This document shows, piece after piece, positions 1 to 11,673 of a stretch of 64,000 nucleotides of DNA. This DNA comes from an uncultured Burkholderiales bacterium (GTDB taxonomy: Bacteria; Pseudomonadota; Gammaproteobacteria; Burkholderiales; Burkholderiaceae_C): the NCBI GenBank assembly GCA_903842945.1, contig CAIMNS010000049.1:4759-68758 (forward strand), in the 5' to 3' direction. Positions within the stretch are counted from its first letter, which is position 1. Every line of letters begins with the position of its first letter. The translations under genes were made by a program, and so were the position numbers. The notes below the pieces were generated by a model. That model was not told the origin of the DNA and ran no database searches. It saw only the letters and a program-made list of their open reading frames with translations.

Positions 1-861
1 TTCAGCAATGCTGGGTTCGATGGCGGGGTTTCTGTCAAGCTCATAACTCATATGAACATCGTCGGTGGCTTGATCAAAAAGGCCGAGCAATTTTGAACCC
101 GTTGTAGCGGGTGCAGCCAAGAGCTCTGTCTTGTTCGTGACATAGGTGTAACCATTGGACTTCATAAGGCCCACCATATCACTGCCATCTGGGCGTCCAG
201 CTTGTTGCTCCGTCGTCCCCGTTGGGTTGACCGGTACAAAATAACGGCTGTTTCCACCTAAGATCACATCGACGCCTTTGCCCAAAGCCGTGTTGTAGCT
301 TTTGCTGCCTGGTGTCAATTGAGCTGCGATTTCATACTCGGCGTTTCTATTGCAAACGTGTGCGTAATTCACGGCAGGCGTGGCATGGGTGATTCTTGCT
401 GTGCTGACCACGCCAGTGGATTTGCCCTTGGTGATCGCTTGCTCAAGAAGCGTAGGAACGGATTTACCGTTGCTGCCATCCGTTTTGCAGTTGTTGATCC
501 AAGATCCACTCTTTGGAAACGCTGGATCCGTAGAAGGAGAGGTTGGATTGGTGTCAGCCGTCATTGAGATGACATTGTTTTTCATGCGCACACCAGTGAT
601 GTATCCTGCCATGCCTGGTGCTGAGTCGGTGGTTTGTGCATCTGCTGCATAGGTTCTAATTTTGGCTGCATAGGGTAGGGTGTCCATGGTCAACTTACCA
701 GCTTCACCGTAGCCATAAATACGAGCAGCTGTGACCACGACAGGTCCCATGCCGTCACCCAAAAAGAAGATCACATTTTTGGCTTCACCAGCAGCTTGAG
801 CGTTGAAACACATGGCGTTGAGGGTGGTGGCCAAAAGGGTAGCAATTATTTTCTTGTTCAT
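1..861 (-). CDS. phoA: Alkaline phosphatase PhoA family, paralog 1 (truncated by window start)
   Basis: Not in the ORF track. Manual translation from ATG 861 gives MNKKIIATLLATTLNAMCFNAQA-AGEAKNVIFFLGDGMG...TTDSAPGMAG...TARITHATPA, i.e. a Sec signal plus the AP metal-ligand and catalytic Ser motifs. Frame is open to the window edge. Confidence 0.92.
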   Translation of the reverse strand, partial: MNKKIIATLLATTLNAMCFNAQAAGEAKNVIFFLGDGMGPVVVTAARIYGYGEAGKLTMDTLPYAAKIRTYAADAQTTDSAPGMAGYITGVRMKNNVISMTADTNPTSPSTDPAFPKSGSWINNCKTDGSNGKSVPTLLEQAITKGKSTGVVSTARITHATPAVNYAHVCNRNAEYEIAAQLTPGSKSYNTALGKGVDVILGGNSRYFVPVNPTGTTEQQAGRPDGSDMVGLMKSNGYTYVTNKTELLAAPATTGSKLLGLFDQATDDVHMSYELDRNPAIEPSIAE

Positions 862-881
862 GATTTTCTCCGCGTATCAAT

Positions 882-2354
882 TTATAAACCGAGTGCTTTA
901 ACGATCAATGGGAAAACTTCGATGTTCTCCAACGATCCCTTGAATAAATTGGAATTCAGGCCAATGGCTCCCAACCAAACATCACCACCGCCGTGTGTTT
1001 CGTTCTCACCTGAAAGGCGTATGGCGGATTCTTGTTGGTAGTTGTCTGCACCAGTGATAGCGTCCGTCAATGGCGTCATCGCCGCTCTATCAGACACTCG
1101 GTTAGGTCCATTACCAAAAGCCAATACACTGAACGTGGCTCCTTCTGCATCTTTTGCTGGCGTTGTGGGTGTCAACCATTGTTTCAAAACGCCAAGAATA
1201 CCTGGATTGTCTTTGGTCGTTTTTCCTGTCAACGCTGAATAACCTTGCATCACCATGGTGTGGTCGTGATCGGCTGTGACCACAATCAAGGTGTTGCTGA
1301 GGGTAGGGTCGGTTTGACGGACTTTGGCGATGGCTGCAGCAATGGCGTTGTCAAAAGCGATGGTGTCTTGTAAGGCGCGCTTCGCGTTCGTGGCGTGGAG
1401 GGCATGGTCAATTCTTCCGCCTTCAACCACCAAGGTGTAGCCCTTGTTCTTTTTGGCAGCCAAGATGTCCATGGCCTTGGTTGTCATCTCTGCCAAACTT
1501 GGCTCAACGGCTGGATTTCTGTCCAAGTCATAGGACATGTGTCCTCCTGAGAACGATGCATCCAAAACGCCTTGATCAAACAAGGCAAAAAGTTTTGTAG
1601 AGGAGTTGATGGAGACAGCGTTCAGGCTAGGTAAATCGTTGGCAAACGCATAGCCTTGACCTTTCATCTCGGTGATCAAGTTTCTGCCGTCAGGACGGCC
1701 GGCTTTCTCAAGCGCAGAGCCAGAGCTGTTGAAGGGGATGAAATACTTGCTGTTGCCACCCATCAAAACATCAACGCCGTTACCAAGTGCAGCGTTGAAG
1801 CCCGCGCCACCTGGAACGGCTTGTCTGGCGATGTCGTACTCAGCATTTCTGTTGCAAATGTGAGAGAAGGTTGCTGCTGGCGTGGCGTGGGTCAGTCTGG
1901 CCGTGGTAACGATACCTGTTCCCATGTTGTTGGCTTTTGCCAGTTCCAAGAGGGTTTGGACAGGCTTACCGTTGGTGGACACGCAATTGTTCACGGCATT
2001 TGACACACCTGTTGTTGCATCTTTACCAGGGCTCACAGAGGTGGTGTCAGAAGACATGGAAACCACGTCTGAGTTCATCTTCACACCCGTCATGTAAGCG
2101 GACATGGATGCGGCACTCTCGGTGACTTGAAAATTTTGAGAAAAAGTTTTGATGAAAGCTGTATCTGGTAAGGTGTCCATGGTCAATTGACCATCTTCTC
2201 CGTAGCCGTAAATGCGCGCAGCTGTTTGAACGGTGACGCCCATGCCATCACCTAAAAAGAAGATGACATTTTTTTGGGGTGTTTCACTAGATGAGCAAGC
2301 GCCCAAGAGGCCGATTGTGACCACCGACAATAAAACCGATAAGTATTTTTTCAT
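882..2354 (-). CDS. phoA: Alkaline phosphatase PhoA family, lipoprotein (paralog 2)
   Basis: Motifs FLGDGMG, VTESAAS (catalytic Ser), THATPA, VEGGRIDHALH, TADHDH, ETHGG. Lipobox LGAC. Confidence 0.95.
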   Translation of the reverse strand: MKKYLSVLLSVVTIGLLGACSSSETPQKNVIFFLGDGMGVTVQTAARIYGYGEDGQLTMDTLPDTAFIKTFSQNFQVTESAASMSAYMTGVKMNSDVVSMSSDTTSVSPGKDATTGVSNAVNNCVSTNGKPVQTLLELAKANNMGTGIVTTARLTHATPAATFSHICNRNAEYDIARQAVPGGAGFNAALGNGVDVLMGGNSKYFIPFNSSGSALEKAGRPDGRNLITEMKGQGYAFANDLPSLNAVSINSSTKLFALFDQGVLDASFSGGHMSYDLDRNPAVEPSLAEMTTKAMDILAAKKNKGYTLVVEGGRIDHALHATNAKRALQDTIAFDNAIAAAIAKVRQTDPTLSNTLIVVTADHDHTMVMQGYSALTGKTTKDNPGILGVLKQWLTPTTPAKDAEGATFSVLAFGNGPNRVSDRAAMTPLTDAITGADNYQQESAIRLSGENETHGGGDVWLGAIGLNSNLFKGSLENIEVFPLIVKALGL

Positions 2355-2382
2355 GTTTCACCTTAAAGAATAGACGATCATT

Positions 2383-2416
2383 AGCTTAATGGGTACATAT
2401 GAAAGTTACGTGACAT
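2383..2416 (-). promoter_or_regulatory. Pho box promoter for the phoA pair
   Basis: ATGTCAC-GTAA-CTTTCAT (2416-2399), 10 bp, then TAAGCT (2388-2383). Confidence 0.8.
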
Positions 2417-2447
2417 GGGCCGGCTGTTGAAAGTTTTAGCTCAGAAG

Positions 2448-2481
2448 GTGTCATGAAAATGTCATTTGAGCTATTTAAGCT
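2448..2481 (+). promoter_or_regulatory. Pho box promoter for ppk2
   Basis: GTGTCAT-GAAA-ATGTCAT (2448-2465), 10 bp, then TAAGCT (2476-2481). Confidence 0.85.
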
Positions 2482-2514
2482 AAGTGTTGGTTCAATATTT
2501 AGAAGTTCAACACC

Positions 2515-3426
2515 ATGTCTACAAAGCTAAACCTTGATGCGGCACAAATACAGCGACTGAAAGAAGATATCATGGACAGCTTGGACGAAGAGCTTGAAAA
2601 TGAATTTGAAGATGTTGGTTTTGGAGATCCGGAAAGTTTCTCTGCCAAAGCCATTGAATTCAGACGGTTTTATTTTCGCGAGTTGATCAAGCTCCAAGGT
2701 GAACTGGTCAAGTTGCAAGACTGGGTGGTGGCCAACAAGCACAGAATGGTCATTGTTTTTGAAGGCAGAGATGCTGCCGGTAAAGGGGGCGTGATCAAAA
2801 GAATCACGCAACGCTTGAACCCACGCATATGCCGAGTGGCTGCTCTTCCCGCACCCAATGATCGTGAAAAAACACAATGGTATTTTCAGCGCTATGTCTC
2901 CCACCTTCCCGCTGCGGGTGAAATTGTTCTGTTTGACAGAAGCTGGTACAACCGTGCAGGTGTGGAGAAGGTCATGGGTTTTTGCTCCGACGAAGATTAC
3001 GAGGAGTTTTTTAAATCCGCACCAGAGTTTGAAAAAATGCTCACAAGAAGTGGCATTCAAATCATCAAATATTGGTTCTCCATCACAGACGATGAGCAGT
3101 ACTCTAGATTTTTAGGCCGCATCCACGATCCCTTGAAACAGTGGAAACTCAGTCCCATGGATTTGGAGAGCCGTCGTCGCTGGGAGGATTACACCAGAGC
3201 AAAAGAGACGATGATTGAAAGAACACACATCCCAGAAGCGCCTTGGTGGGTGGTTCAAGCGGTCGACAAGAAAAAGGCCAGGCTCAATTGCATCAGTCAC
3301 TTGCTGTCTCAAGTGCAATACTCGGAAATCAACCCACCGGAAATCGTGATGCCAGATCGTGTTCGCAATCCTGACTACATCCGCCACGCCATCCCTCAAG
3401 GCATGATCGTGCCCGAGAAATATTAA
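2515..3426 (+). CDS. ppk2: Polyphosphate kinase 2
   Basis: Walker A FEGRDAAGKGG, FDRSWYNRAGVE, WKLSPMD. Confidence 0.97.
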   Translation: MSTKLNLDAAQIQRLKEDIMDSLDEELENEFEDVGFGDPESFSAKAIEFRRFYFRELIKLQGELVKLQDWVVANKHRMVIVFEGRDAAGKGGVIKRITQRLNPRICRVAALPAPNDREKTQWYFQRYVSHLPAAGEIVLFDRSWYNRAGVEKVMGFCSDEDYEEFFKSAPEFEKMLTRSGIQIIKYWFSITDDEQYSRFLGRIHDPLKQWKLSPMDLESRRRWEDYTRAKETMIERTHIPEAPWWVVQAVDKKKARLNCISHLLSQVQYSEINPPEIVMPDRVRNPDYIRHAIPQGMIVPEKY

Positions 3427-4619
3427 GCTGCTGACTTTTGAGGGTTCGTTTTGAAGGGGTTTCTTTGCTCAAGGTGGGCCATGTATTGCTCTACGTTTTG
3501 ACCTTCTTGATTCAAAAACTCGTCCACGGCTTTTGCAAATGAGGGGTGGGCCAGCCAGTGGGCGCTTTGCGTCATGACAGGTAAGAGGGCTCGCGCCATC
3601 TTGTGCTCGCCTTGCGCGCCTCCTTCAAACCGCTCCACGCCTTTTTCAATGCACCACTCAATGGGTTGGTAGTAACAGGCCTCAAAGTGCAGGCAATCTA
3701 CCCGCTCAAGGGCGCCCCAATACCGTCCATAAGCTACCATGGGCTTGTGGTCTGAGTTCCTTTGGAGGGCCACCAAACTGCAGGCCATGGGATGGCCCTC
3801 TCGGTAGGCAATGAACATCACCCAGTTGTCGATCATTTGCTGCTTCATCTCTTCAAAAAAAGAGGGCGTCAAATAGGGTGAATTGCCGTGTTCTAAATAA
3901 GTTTGTTGATAGCAACGGTAAAAAAAATCCCAATGTTCATGGCTGATTTGAGGGCCTTCAAAGGTTTTAAAAGTCACCTGTGCTTGAGATACTTTTTTAC
4001 GTTCTTGTTTGATTTTTTTTCGTTTCTCTTGATTCATCGAATTTAAAAAATCATCAAAATGATCGAATGGTTTTTCATCCAAATTGGCGTTTTGCCAATG
4101 AAATTGAACCGTGTGCCTCTCAAGCATGTGGCACTCTTGCGCAGCCTTCATGTCCGCTTGGCTGGCATAGAGCATGTGGAGTGAAGACACGCCCCAAGTT
4201 AAACATTGATCGAGCACCGCTTGGAGAAGTTCGGTCTTGAGTTCTTGTGTTTTGGCCAGCAAGCGAGATCCTGGTACCGGGCTAAATGGCGGGGCGATCA
4301 GAGCCTTGGGGTAATAATGCAGCCCGTGACGATCATAGGCTTGTGCCCAAGCCCAGTCAAAGACGTATTCCCCATAAGAGTGTGACTTGAGATAAAGGGG
4401 GCATGCAGCAAGGAGCTCATCCTTGGCGTGCAGTGTGAAGTATTTGCAGGTCCAACCCGTTTTGCTTGTTGCACTGGCACTCTCGTGCATGGCGTTCAAG
4501 TATTCATAACGAAGAAAGGGCGTGGGAACAGAATCAGACAATAAAAGCGCATTCCACTGGGTTTTTTCGATGCTGGCCATCGAATCATGCACCTCAATGA
4601 CATAATTGGATTGATTCAT
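3423..4619 (-). CDS. GNAT/FemAB-like protein (DUF482 type)
   Basis: YLKSHSYGEYVFDWAWA, GRYWG, LHFEACYYQPIE, FEGGAQGEHK. Confidence 0.88.
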   Translation of the reverse strand: MNQSNYVIEVHDSMASIEKTQWNALLLSDSVPTPFLRYEYLNAMHESASATSKTGWTCKYFTLHAKDELLAACPLYLKSHSYGEYVFDWAWAQAYDRHGLHYYPKALIAPPFSPVPGSRLLAKTQELKTELLQAVLDQCLTWGVSSLHMLYASQADMKAAQECHMLERHTVQFHWQNANLDEKPFDHFDDFLNSMNQEKRKKIKQERKKVSQAQVTFKTFEGPQISHEHWDFFYRCYQQTYLEHGNSPYLTPSFFEEMKQQMIDNWVMFIAYREGHPMACSLVALQRNSDHKPMVAYGRYWGALERVDCLHFEACYYQPIEWCIEKGVERFEGGAQGEHKMARALLPVMTQSAHWLAHPSFAKAVDEFLNQEGQNVEQYMAHLEQRNPFKTNPQKSAA

Positions 4620-4633
4620 AACCGTGTTTTTAT

Positions 4634-6666
<2,033 letters not shown>

Positions 6667-6708
6667 TCCACGGGGCCCAAAGCAAGCCCTTGGTTCTGCC
6701 TAGTTTGT

Positions 6709-7101
6709 CTAAGGACTGATGCGTTGCCACAAGGCGCAGGCCCATACGACGATACAAAACACCAGACTCAACAAGACGGCAGCAGAGCCAAGATCCTTGG
6801 CTCTTTTGGAGAGTGCGTGCCAGTCGTCTCCATGTCGATCGATGGCCGATTCAATGGCGGTGTTCAACAACTCCACCACCATCACCAAAATCAGGGTGCC
6901 AATCAAAAAGCACACCTCTAGCCAATTGGAGCCTAGCCAAAACGCACAGGGCAAGAGGGCAACGAAAACCCAAGCTTCCTGTTGAAAAGCGGGCTCATAC
7001 CAACCGGCTTTCAAGCCCGCCAATGAAAACCCCAGGGCATGGTAGACGCGACTGAACCCTCGACGTTTTTTTTGCGGGTTGAAGGAGTCGGTTTTTTTCA
7101 T
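6709..7101 (-). CDS. dgkA: Diacylglycerol kinase
   Basis: AFQQE, VELLNTAIESAID, AKDLGSAAV. Confidence 0.93.
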   Translation of the reverse strand: MKKTDSFNPQKKRRGFSRVYHALGFSLAGLKAGWYEPAFQQEAWVFVALLPCAFWLGSNWLEVCFLIGTLILVMVVELLNTAIESAIDRHGDDWHALSKRAKDLGSAAVLLSLVFCIVVWACALWQRISP

Positions 7102-7107
7102 TCCTCA

Positions 7108-7152
7108 ATTTTTACCGAGATGTATGACAGATTTGTGATGCTTGGATGAAGG
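7108..7152 (-). promoter_or_regulatory. Candidate three-half-site Pho box upstream of dgkA
   Basis: CCTTCAT-CCAA-GCATCAC-AAAT-CTGTCAT (7152-7124), 10 bp, then a weak -10 AAAAAT. Confidence 0.6.
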
Positions 7153-7154
7153 GT

Positions 7155-7676
7155 TTAAGACTGTTTGGGGGCTTCTTCCACCAATTGGGTGTTTGACCAT
7201 GCGTCGTGCCAAAACTGTTGAGATGCTTGAAATCGGGCCAAGGTGGCCCAAACCGATATCCAGCCCAAGCACAAGACCGCTCGCTCAGCCATGCTCAATG
7301 AAAAAGGCACGAGAGCCATCAATGGGGGAATGAACCAAACCCATGAGCTGATCCATCGCTTGAGTGCCATGGAGGTGCTCAGGTGTTGTCCCTGCAAGTC
7401 AAGCAGCTGAATGCGCCAAGTCTTCATGGCCAGGGTTTGGCCACGTCGCCAAAAGTAGATGAAGTAAGCGGTCAAAACACAGAATATAAAAGCTTGAAAG
7501 ACGGATCGATAGGTCAGTGATTTCGACACAGGATCCGAAGCACTGCTGGGCATCAAGGTGTCCAAGACCATGGTGAACATCAAGCCCGAAATAAAGGTCA
7601 CACCAAAAATGAGAATGCCTTCATAAGCGAAGCAAGCCATTCGCTTGAGGATGGAGGGAGCTTTGTGGGTGGTCAT
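7155..7676 (-). CDS. RDD family membrane protein
   Basis: KRMACFAYEGILIFG, GQTLAMKTWRI, QFWHDAWSNTQLV. Start refined to ATG 7676. Confidence 0.88.
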   Translation of the reverse strand: MTTHKAPSILKRMACFAYEGILIFGVTFISGLMFTMVLDTLMPSSASDPVSKSLTYRSVFQAFIFCVLTAYFIYFWRRGQTLAMKTWRIQLLDLQGQHLSTSMALKRWISSWVWFIPPLMALVPFSLSMAERAVLCLGWISVWATLARFQASQQFWHDAWSNTQLVEEAPKQS

Positions 7677-7785
7677 GAAACAATCATTGGAGACAACTGG
7701 CAACAAAAAGTCAAGGGGCCTTTGCGTGGGCCTCAATGAGCGGGCTCAAAAAACGTTTAAAGAAGCGACTAAAGAAACGGGTGCT

Positions 7786-8592
7786 TTAAGGCGCTGGACT
7801 GTTGCGCTTTGGGGGCAAAAGCGTTTTAGATGCTATTTGGTCGACTTGAAGCCTGAGGTGGCTTGGTTCATGGGCGGGTTTGTACAAGGTTGTCGTGCTT
7901 GCCCCAATGGCCTTGGGTTTGGGGGAGATGGCGGCACTGTTGGGCATGATGTTCAAGTTTTGTGCAAGTTCGTTTCTTTGGGCTGGATCCAAGGCTTGGT
8001 ATTCCTGCCATTTGTTCAATCGCTCATCGCCTTGGAATTGCTGGACCTGGGCAAAGATGACGCGCGCTTGAACCCTTTGCTGTGGGCTTAAAAGGCTCCA
8101 CTGTGTCATCCTTGCTTGAAGTTTTTCTTGGTCGCTGACAGACAAGTCGGTAAAGTTGGCCGATAGGCTCAACCACTTTCTCTTTTGCGTCTCACTCATC
8201 TCAGGCCACAAATCAAGCAAAGGCAAAAGCGCCAACTTTTGTTTGTTGTTCAAGTCTGACCACTTAGGGGAAGAGCTCGACGGTTTTGAACTAGGCAACG
8301 CACGTTTGTTGCTGGAAGTGTTGTCTGAGGGCGTGTTGTCGGTCGCAGGCGCTTGGGCTTGGGCTAGCGTTGAGGGGCTGCTTGCTGAGGCGGCCTCGGG
8401 ATTAGGGGCCTGGGCTTGAAGGGCAAAAGGCACATACCAAGCTAAAGTCAGCAGGAAAAGCCTCAGTAAAGAGCTGATTTTTTGTCCTACTTGGAGGCGT
8501 GCGCTTTTGAATGGTTCAGCCAATGTCTTTGAGACTGTCCCAGACGCCAGACGCGGGGGCCTAGCTTTCCCAATCAACAGGCTCAAATTCAT
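7786..8592 (-). CDS. DUF3106 domain protein
   Basis: Repeated W..L...Q motifs (WSDLNNKQKLALLPL, WPEMSETQKRKW, WSLLSPQQR). Position in the ECF cluster. Start uncertain. Confidence 0.8.
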   Translation of the reverse strand: MNLSLLIGKARPPRLASGTVSKTLAEPFKSARLQVGQKISSLLRLFLLTLAWYVPFALQAQAPNPEAASASSPSTLAQAQAPATDNTPSDNTSSNKRALPSSKPSSSSPKWSDLNNKQKLALLPLLDLWPEMSETQKRKWLSLSANFTDLSVSDQEKLQARMTQWSLLSPQQRVQARVIFAQVQQFQGDERLNKWQEYQALDPAQRNELAQNLNIMPNSAAISPKPKAIGASTTTLYKPAHEPSHLRLQVDQIASKTLLPPKRNSPAP

Positions 8593-8594
8593 TG

Positions 8595-9044
8595 TTACTG
8601 CGGACCTTCAGCAGATGACCTTGGAACGCTTAAAAATTTCAAAAATCCTGGATCTGTATAGGCATCAGGGGGAAGATCGTCCAAGAGCAAGGCTTGATCT
8701 ACATCGGCCAGTTCACGGGCTCTGGAGTCGTTTTGGAACTCATGGATCAGCATCAGACCCAGCATGAGCACCAATAGAGGCAGCATGGAGACCAATTTTT
8801 CCCACAAAGGGCTCGACCCTGAACCGCCGCCCAAGCTGGCTACACCATTTTGGATCTGGATGCTGGACGTCATGACCGGTGTGTGGGCCATTTGCTTGTG
8901 CAAAGACAAGGCACGCACCCGGGCAGCACGAAGTCGTTCACTCACGTGATGGGGGACGTTGTCCAAGGAAACGTCCAATTCGGACACAATTCGCCTGGCA
9001 AAGACGTCCTGTGAGCTGAATGATTGTGTCAATCCTTGGGTCAT
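8595..9044 (-). CDS. DUF3619 family protein (putative anti-sigma factor)
   Basis: SERLRAARVRAL, one TM segment, LLLDDLPPDAYTDPGFLKFL. ATGA overlap with the sigma gene. Confidence 0.85.
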   Translation of the reverse strand: MTQGLTQSFSSQDVFARRIVSELDVSLDNVPHHVSERLRAARVRALSLHKQMAHTPVMTSSIQIQNGVASLGGGSGSSPLWEKLVSMLPLLVLMLGLMLIHEFQNDSRARELADVDQALLLDDLPPDAYTDPGFLKFLSVPRSSAEGPQ

Positions 9045-9607
9045 GGCTTAATTCCTTTGGCGCTTAGTGCTAAATATAATGCTTGAATGGCTCGAGAGCA
9101 ATGTGTTTTTACACTTCCTTGCGAACAACCCATTGCCGAAGCTGTTTCAGAAACGTCAAGCTCCTCCCAATAACGCAATAGGAAGGCTTCTCGTTGACGT
9201 GCTGGGAGTTTTTTTATCTCTTCTTCGATTTCCTGGACATTTTGGGTGTGAGAAAAATTCTGCTCAGCACTTTCGCCCATCAAAGTGTCATGTTCGGGTG
9301 CCTTGATGTCCAAAAAATCCATTTCATCGGCTCCAGAATCAGATTCAAAATCATTGAAATTGGAAAAAAGGGCGTTTTTTGTTTTTTGGCGCCTGAACCA
9401 GTCAAGCGTCGTGTTGGACAAAATCCTTTGAAACAGCATGGGCAACTCATTGATTGGCTTGTCGGCGTAATGCTCTGCCAATTTCATCATGCTGTCTTGG
9501 ACAATGTCTAGCGCTGCATCTTCGTCCCTCACATGATAAACAGAGCGCTTGAAAGCTCGTTTTTCAACGCTTTTTAGAAAGTCAGAGAGTTCTTTTTCTG
9601 TGGCCAA
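9041..9607 (-). CDS. ECF RNA polymerase sigma factor
   Basis: ATEKELSDFLKSVE, DIVQDSMMKL, LPARQREAFLLRYWEE..CSQGSVKTHCSRA. Start refined to TTG 9607. Confidence 0.92.
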   Translation of the reverse strand: MATEKELSDFLKSVEKRAFKRSVYHVRDEDAALDIVQDSMMKLAEHYADKPINELPMLFQRILSNTTLDWFRRQKTKNALFSNFNDFESDSGADEMDFLDIKAPEHDTLMGESAEQNFSHTQNVQEIEEEIKKLPARQREAFLLRYWEELDVSETASAMGCSQGSVKTHCSRAIQALYLALSAKGIKP

Positions 9608-9704
9608 GGCGAAGAGGAGTCCAAATGGTGCTGTTGAAGCGAGGTTCGCAGTGTATTTTTCAGAGGTAATTAAACCATAATTAATACAAAAGATTGTTAA
9701 GTTT

Positions 9705-9733
9705 TTTACTCTTTGCAAAAAAAATGACATAAT
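9705..9733 (+). promoter_or_regulatory. Sigma70-like promoter of the ilv operon
   Basis: TTTACT-N17-CATAAT with TG extended -10. Confidence 0.4.
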
Positions 9734-9885
9734 GTGAGGCTGTGTTCAATCGAACATACAAAAACGGGTCTGGGTTTGACGTATCAACGTTTATGGCTAC
9801 AGGTCTTAAGTCTTGACGTGATTCCATAAGAATGCACGAAAAGGCACCCAAGGTTTTTCAGTTAGAAATTCACAAAGGTTCAAAA

Positions 9886-11673
9886 ATGGATTCCAATCAA
9901 TCGCAAGCCTCAAGCCTTGCCGTTAATCCACTTCATGTCTACAACGAGACGCCCGTTCAGCTGATGGGCTCTGAAGTGATGGTCAAAGCCTTACAGGCCG
10001 AAGGCGTTAAATACGTTTGGGGCTACCCAGGTGGCGCCGTTTTGTACATTTACGACGCCTTGTACAAACAAGACACCATTCAACACGTGTTGGTCCGTCA
10101 TGAGCAAGCTGCAGTGCACGCGGCCGATGGCTACGCGAGAGCGACGGGCGATGTGGGGGTTGCCTTGGTGACTTCTGGACCTGGCGTGACCAACGCCGTC
10201 ACTGGTATTGCCACCGCCTACATGGACAGCATTCCCTTGGTGGTGATCACAGGCCAAGTGCCAACACACGCCATTGGGCTTGACGCATTCCAAGAGTGCG
10301 ACACAGTTGGAATCACTCGACCCATTGTGAAACATAATTTTTTGGTCAAGGACGTCAAAGACTTGGCTGTGACGCTTAAAAAAGCCTTTCATATTGCCAG
10401 AACCGGTCGTCCTGGCCCTGTGGTCGTTGATATTCCGAAGGATGTCTCTTTCAACAAGACGATGTACCACGGGTACCATGAGAGCATTGAGATGCGCTCG
10501 TACATACCGGTTAAAAAAGGTCATTCAGGGCAAATTAAAAAGGCCCTGCAGCTCTTACAAAATGCCAAGCGTCCCTTTATTTACACGGGTGGTGGTGTCT
10601 TGATGAGCGAGGCCTCCCACGAATTGAGAACCTTGGTGGACATGTTGGGCGTGCCTTGCACGAGCACGCTCATGGGCTTGGGGGCCTATCCAGCCTCCGA
10701 TAGAAAGTTTCTGGGTATGTTGGGCATGCACGGCACCATTGAGGCCAACAACGCGATGCAAAACTGTGATGTGTTGCTCGCCGTTGGCGCTCGATTTGAT
10801 GATCGGGTGATTGGCAATCCCAAGCATTTTGCTCAAAATGAGAGAAAAATCATTCACATTGATATCGATCCTTCTAGCATCTCCAAGCGTGTGAAAGTCG
10901 ATATTCCGATTGTGGGGGACGTCAAAGAGGTCTTGACCGAAATGATTGGTATGGTCCGAGAAAGTGGACTCAAATCTGACCCCCAAGCATTGGCCGCTTG
11001 GTGGGATAGTTTGGAGCTTTTGCGCTCTAGAGATTGCTTGAAATACGACCGCAAAAACACCTCCGTGATCAAGCCTCAGTATGTGGTTGAAACACTTTGG
11101 AACATGACCAAAGAGTCCGATGCTTATGTGACCTCTGATGTGGGTCAACACCAGATGTGGGCCGCGCAGTACTATCGTTTTGACGAACCCAGGCGTTGGA
11201 TCAATTCGGGTGGTTTAGGTACGATGGGTGTGGGTATTCCTTATGCCATGGGCATCAAGTTGGCAAAACCTGAGTCCGAGGTTTTTTGTGTCACGGGCGA
11301 AGGCTCGGTACAAATGTGTATCCAAGAGCTCTCAACTTGTTTGCAATACAACACCCCGATCAAAATTGTGGCACTGAACAACCGTTACCTTGGTATGGTG
11401 CGTCAATGGCAGGAAATTGAATACTCAGGTCGCTACAGCCACAGTTACATGGATGCTTTGCCTGATTTTGTGAAGTTGGCACAAGCCTATGGTCACGTCG
11501 GTATGCTCATCGAGCGACACGAAGATGTGGAGCCCGCTCTGAGAGAAGCCAGAGCGCTCAAGGACAGGACCGTGTTCATGGATTTCAGAACCGACCCCAC
11601 GGAGAACGTATTTCCCATGGTCCAAGCCGGCAAGGGCATCACTGAGATGCTCTTAGGTAGCGAGGATCTTTGA
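9886..11673 (+). CDS. ilvI: Acetolactate synthase large subunit
   Basis: WGYPGGA, VRHEQAAVHAADGYAR, TSGPG, SDVGQHQMWAAQ, NSGGLGTMG. Start refined to ATG 9886. Confidence 0.97.
   Translation: MDSNQSQASSLAVNPLHVYNETPVQLMGSEVMVKALQAEGVKYVWGYPGGAVLYIYDALYKQDTIQHVLVRHEQAAVHAADGYARATGDVGVALVTSGPGVTNAVTGIATAYMDSIPLVVITGQVPTHAIGLDAFQECDTVGITRPIVKHNFLVKDVKDLAVTLKKAFHIARTGRPGPVVVDIPKDVSFNKTMYHGYHESIEMRSYIPVKKGHSGQIKKALQLLQNAKRPFIYTGGGVLMSEASHELRTLVDMLGVPCTSTLMGLGAYPASDRKFLGMLGMHGTIEANNAMQNCDVLLAVGARFDDRVIGNPKHFAQNERKIIHIDIDPSSISKRVKVDIPIVGDVKEVLTEMIGMVRESGLKSDPQALAAWWDSLELLRSRDCLKYDRKNTSVIKPQYVVETLWNMTKESDAYVTSDVGQHQMWAAQYYRFDEPRRWINSGGLGTMGVGIPYAMGIKLAKPESEVFCVTGEGSVQMCIQELSTCLQYNTPIKIVALNNRYLGMVRQWQEIEYSGRYSHSYMDALPDFVKLAQAYGHVGMLIERHEDVEPALREARALKDRTVFMDFRTDPTENVFPMVQAGKGITEMLLGSEDL

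Noticed and set aside
9793-9816. uORF MATGLKS upstream of ilvI as an attenuator peptide
   Set aside because: No run of Ile/Val/Leu codons and no terminator follows.
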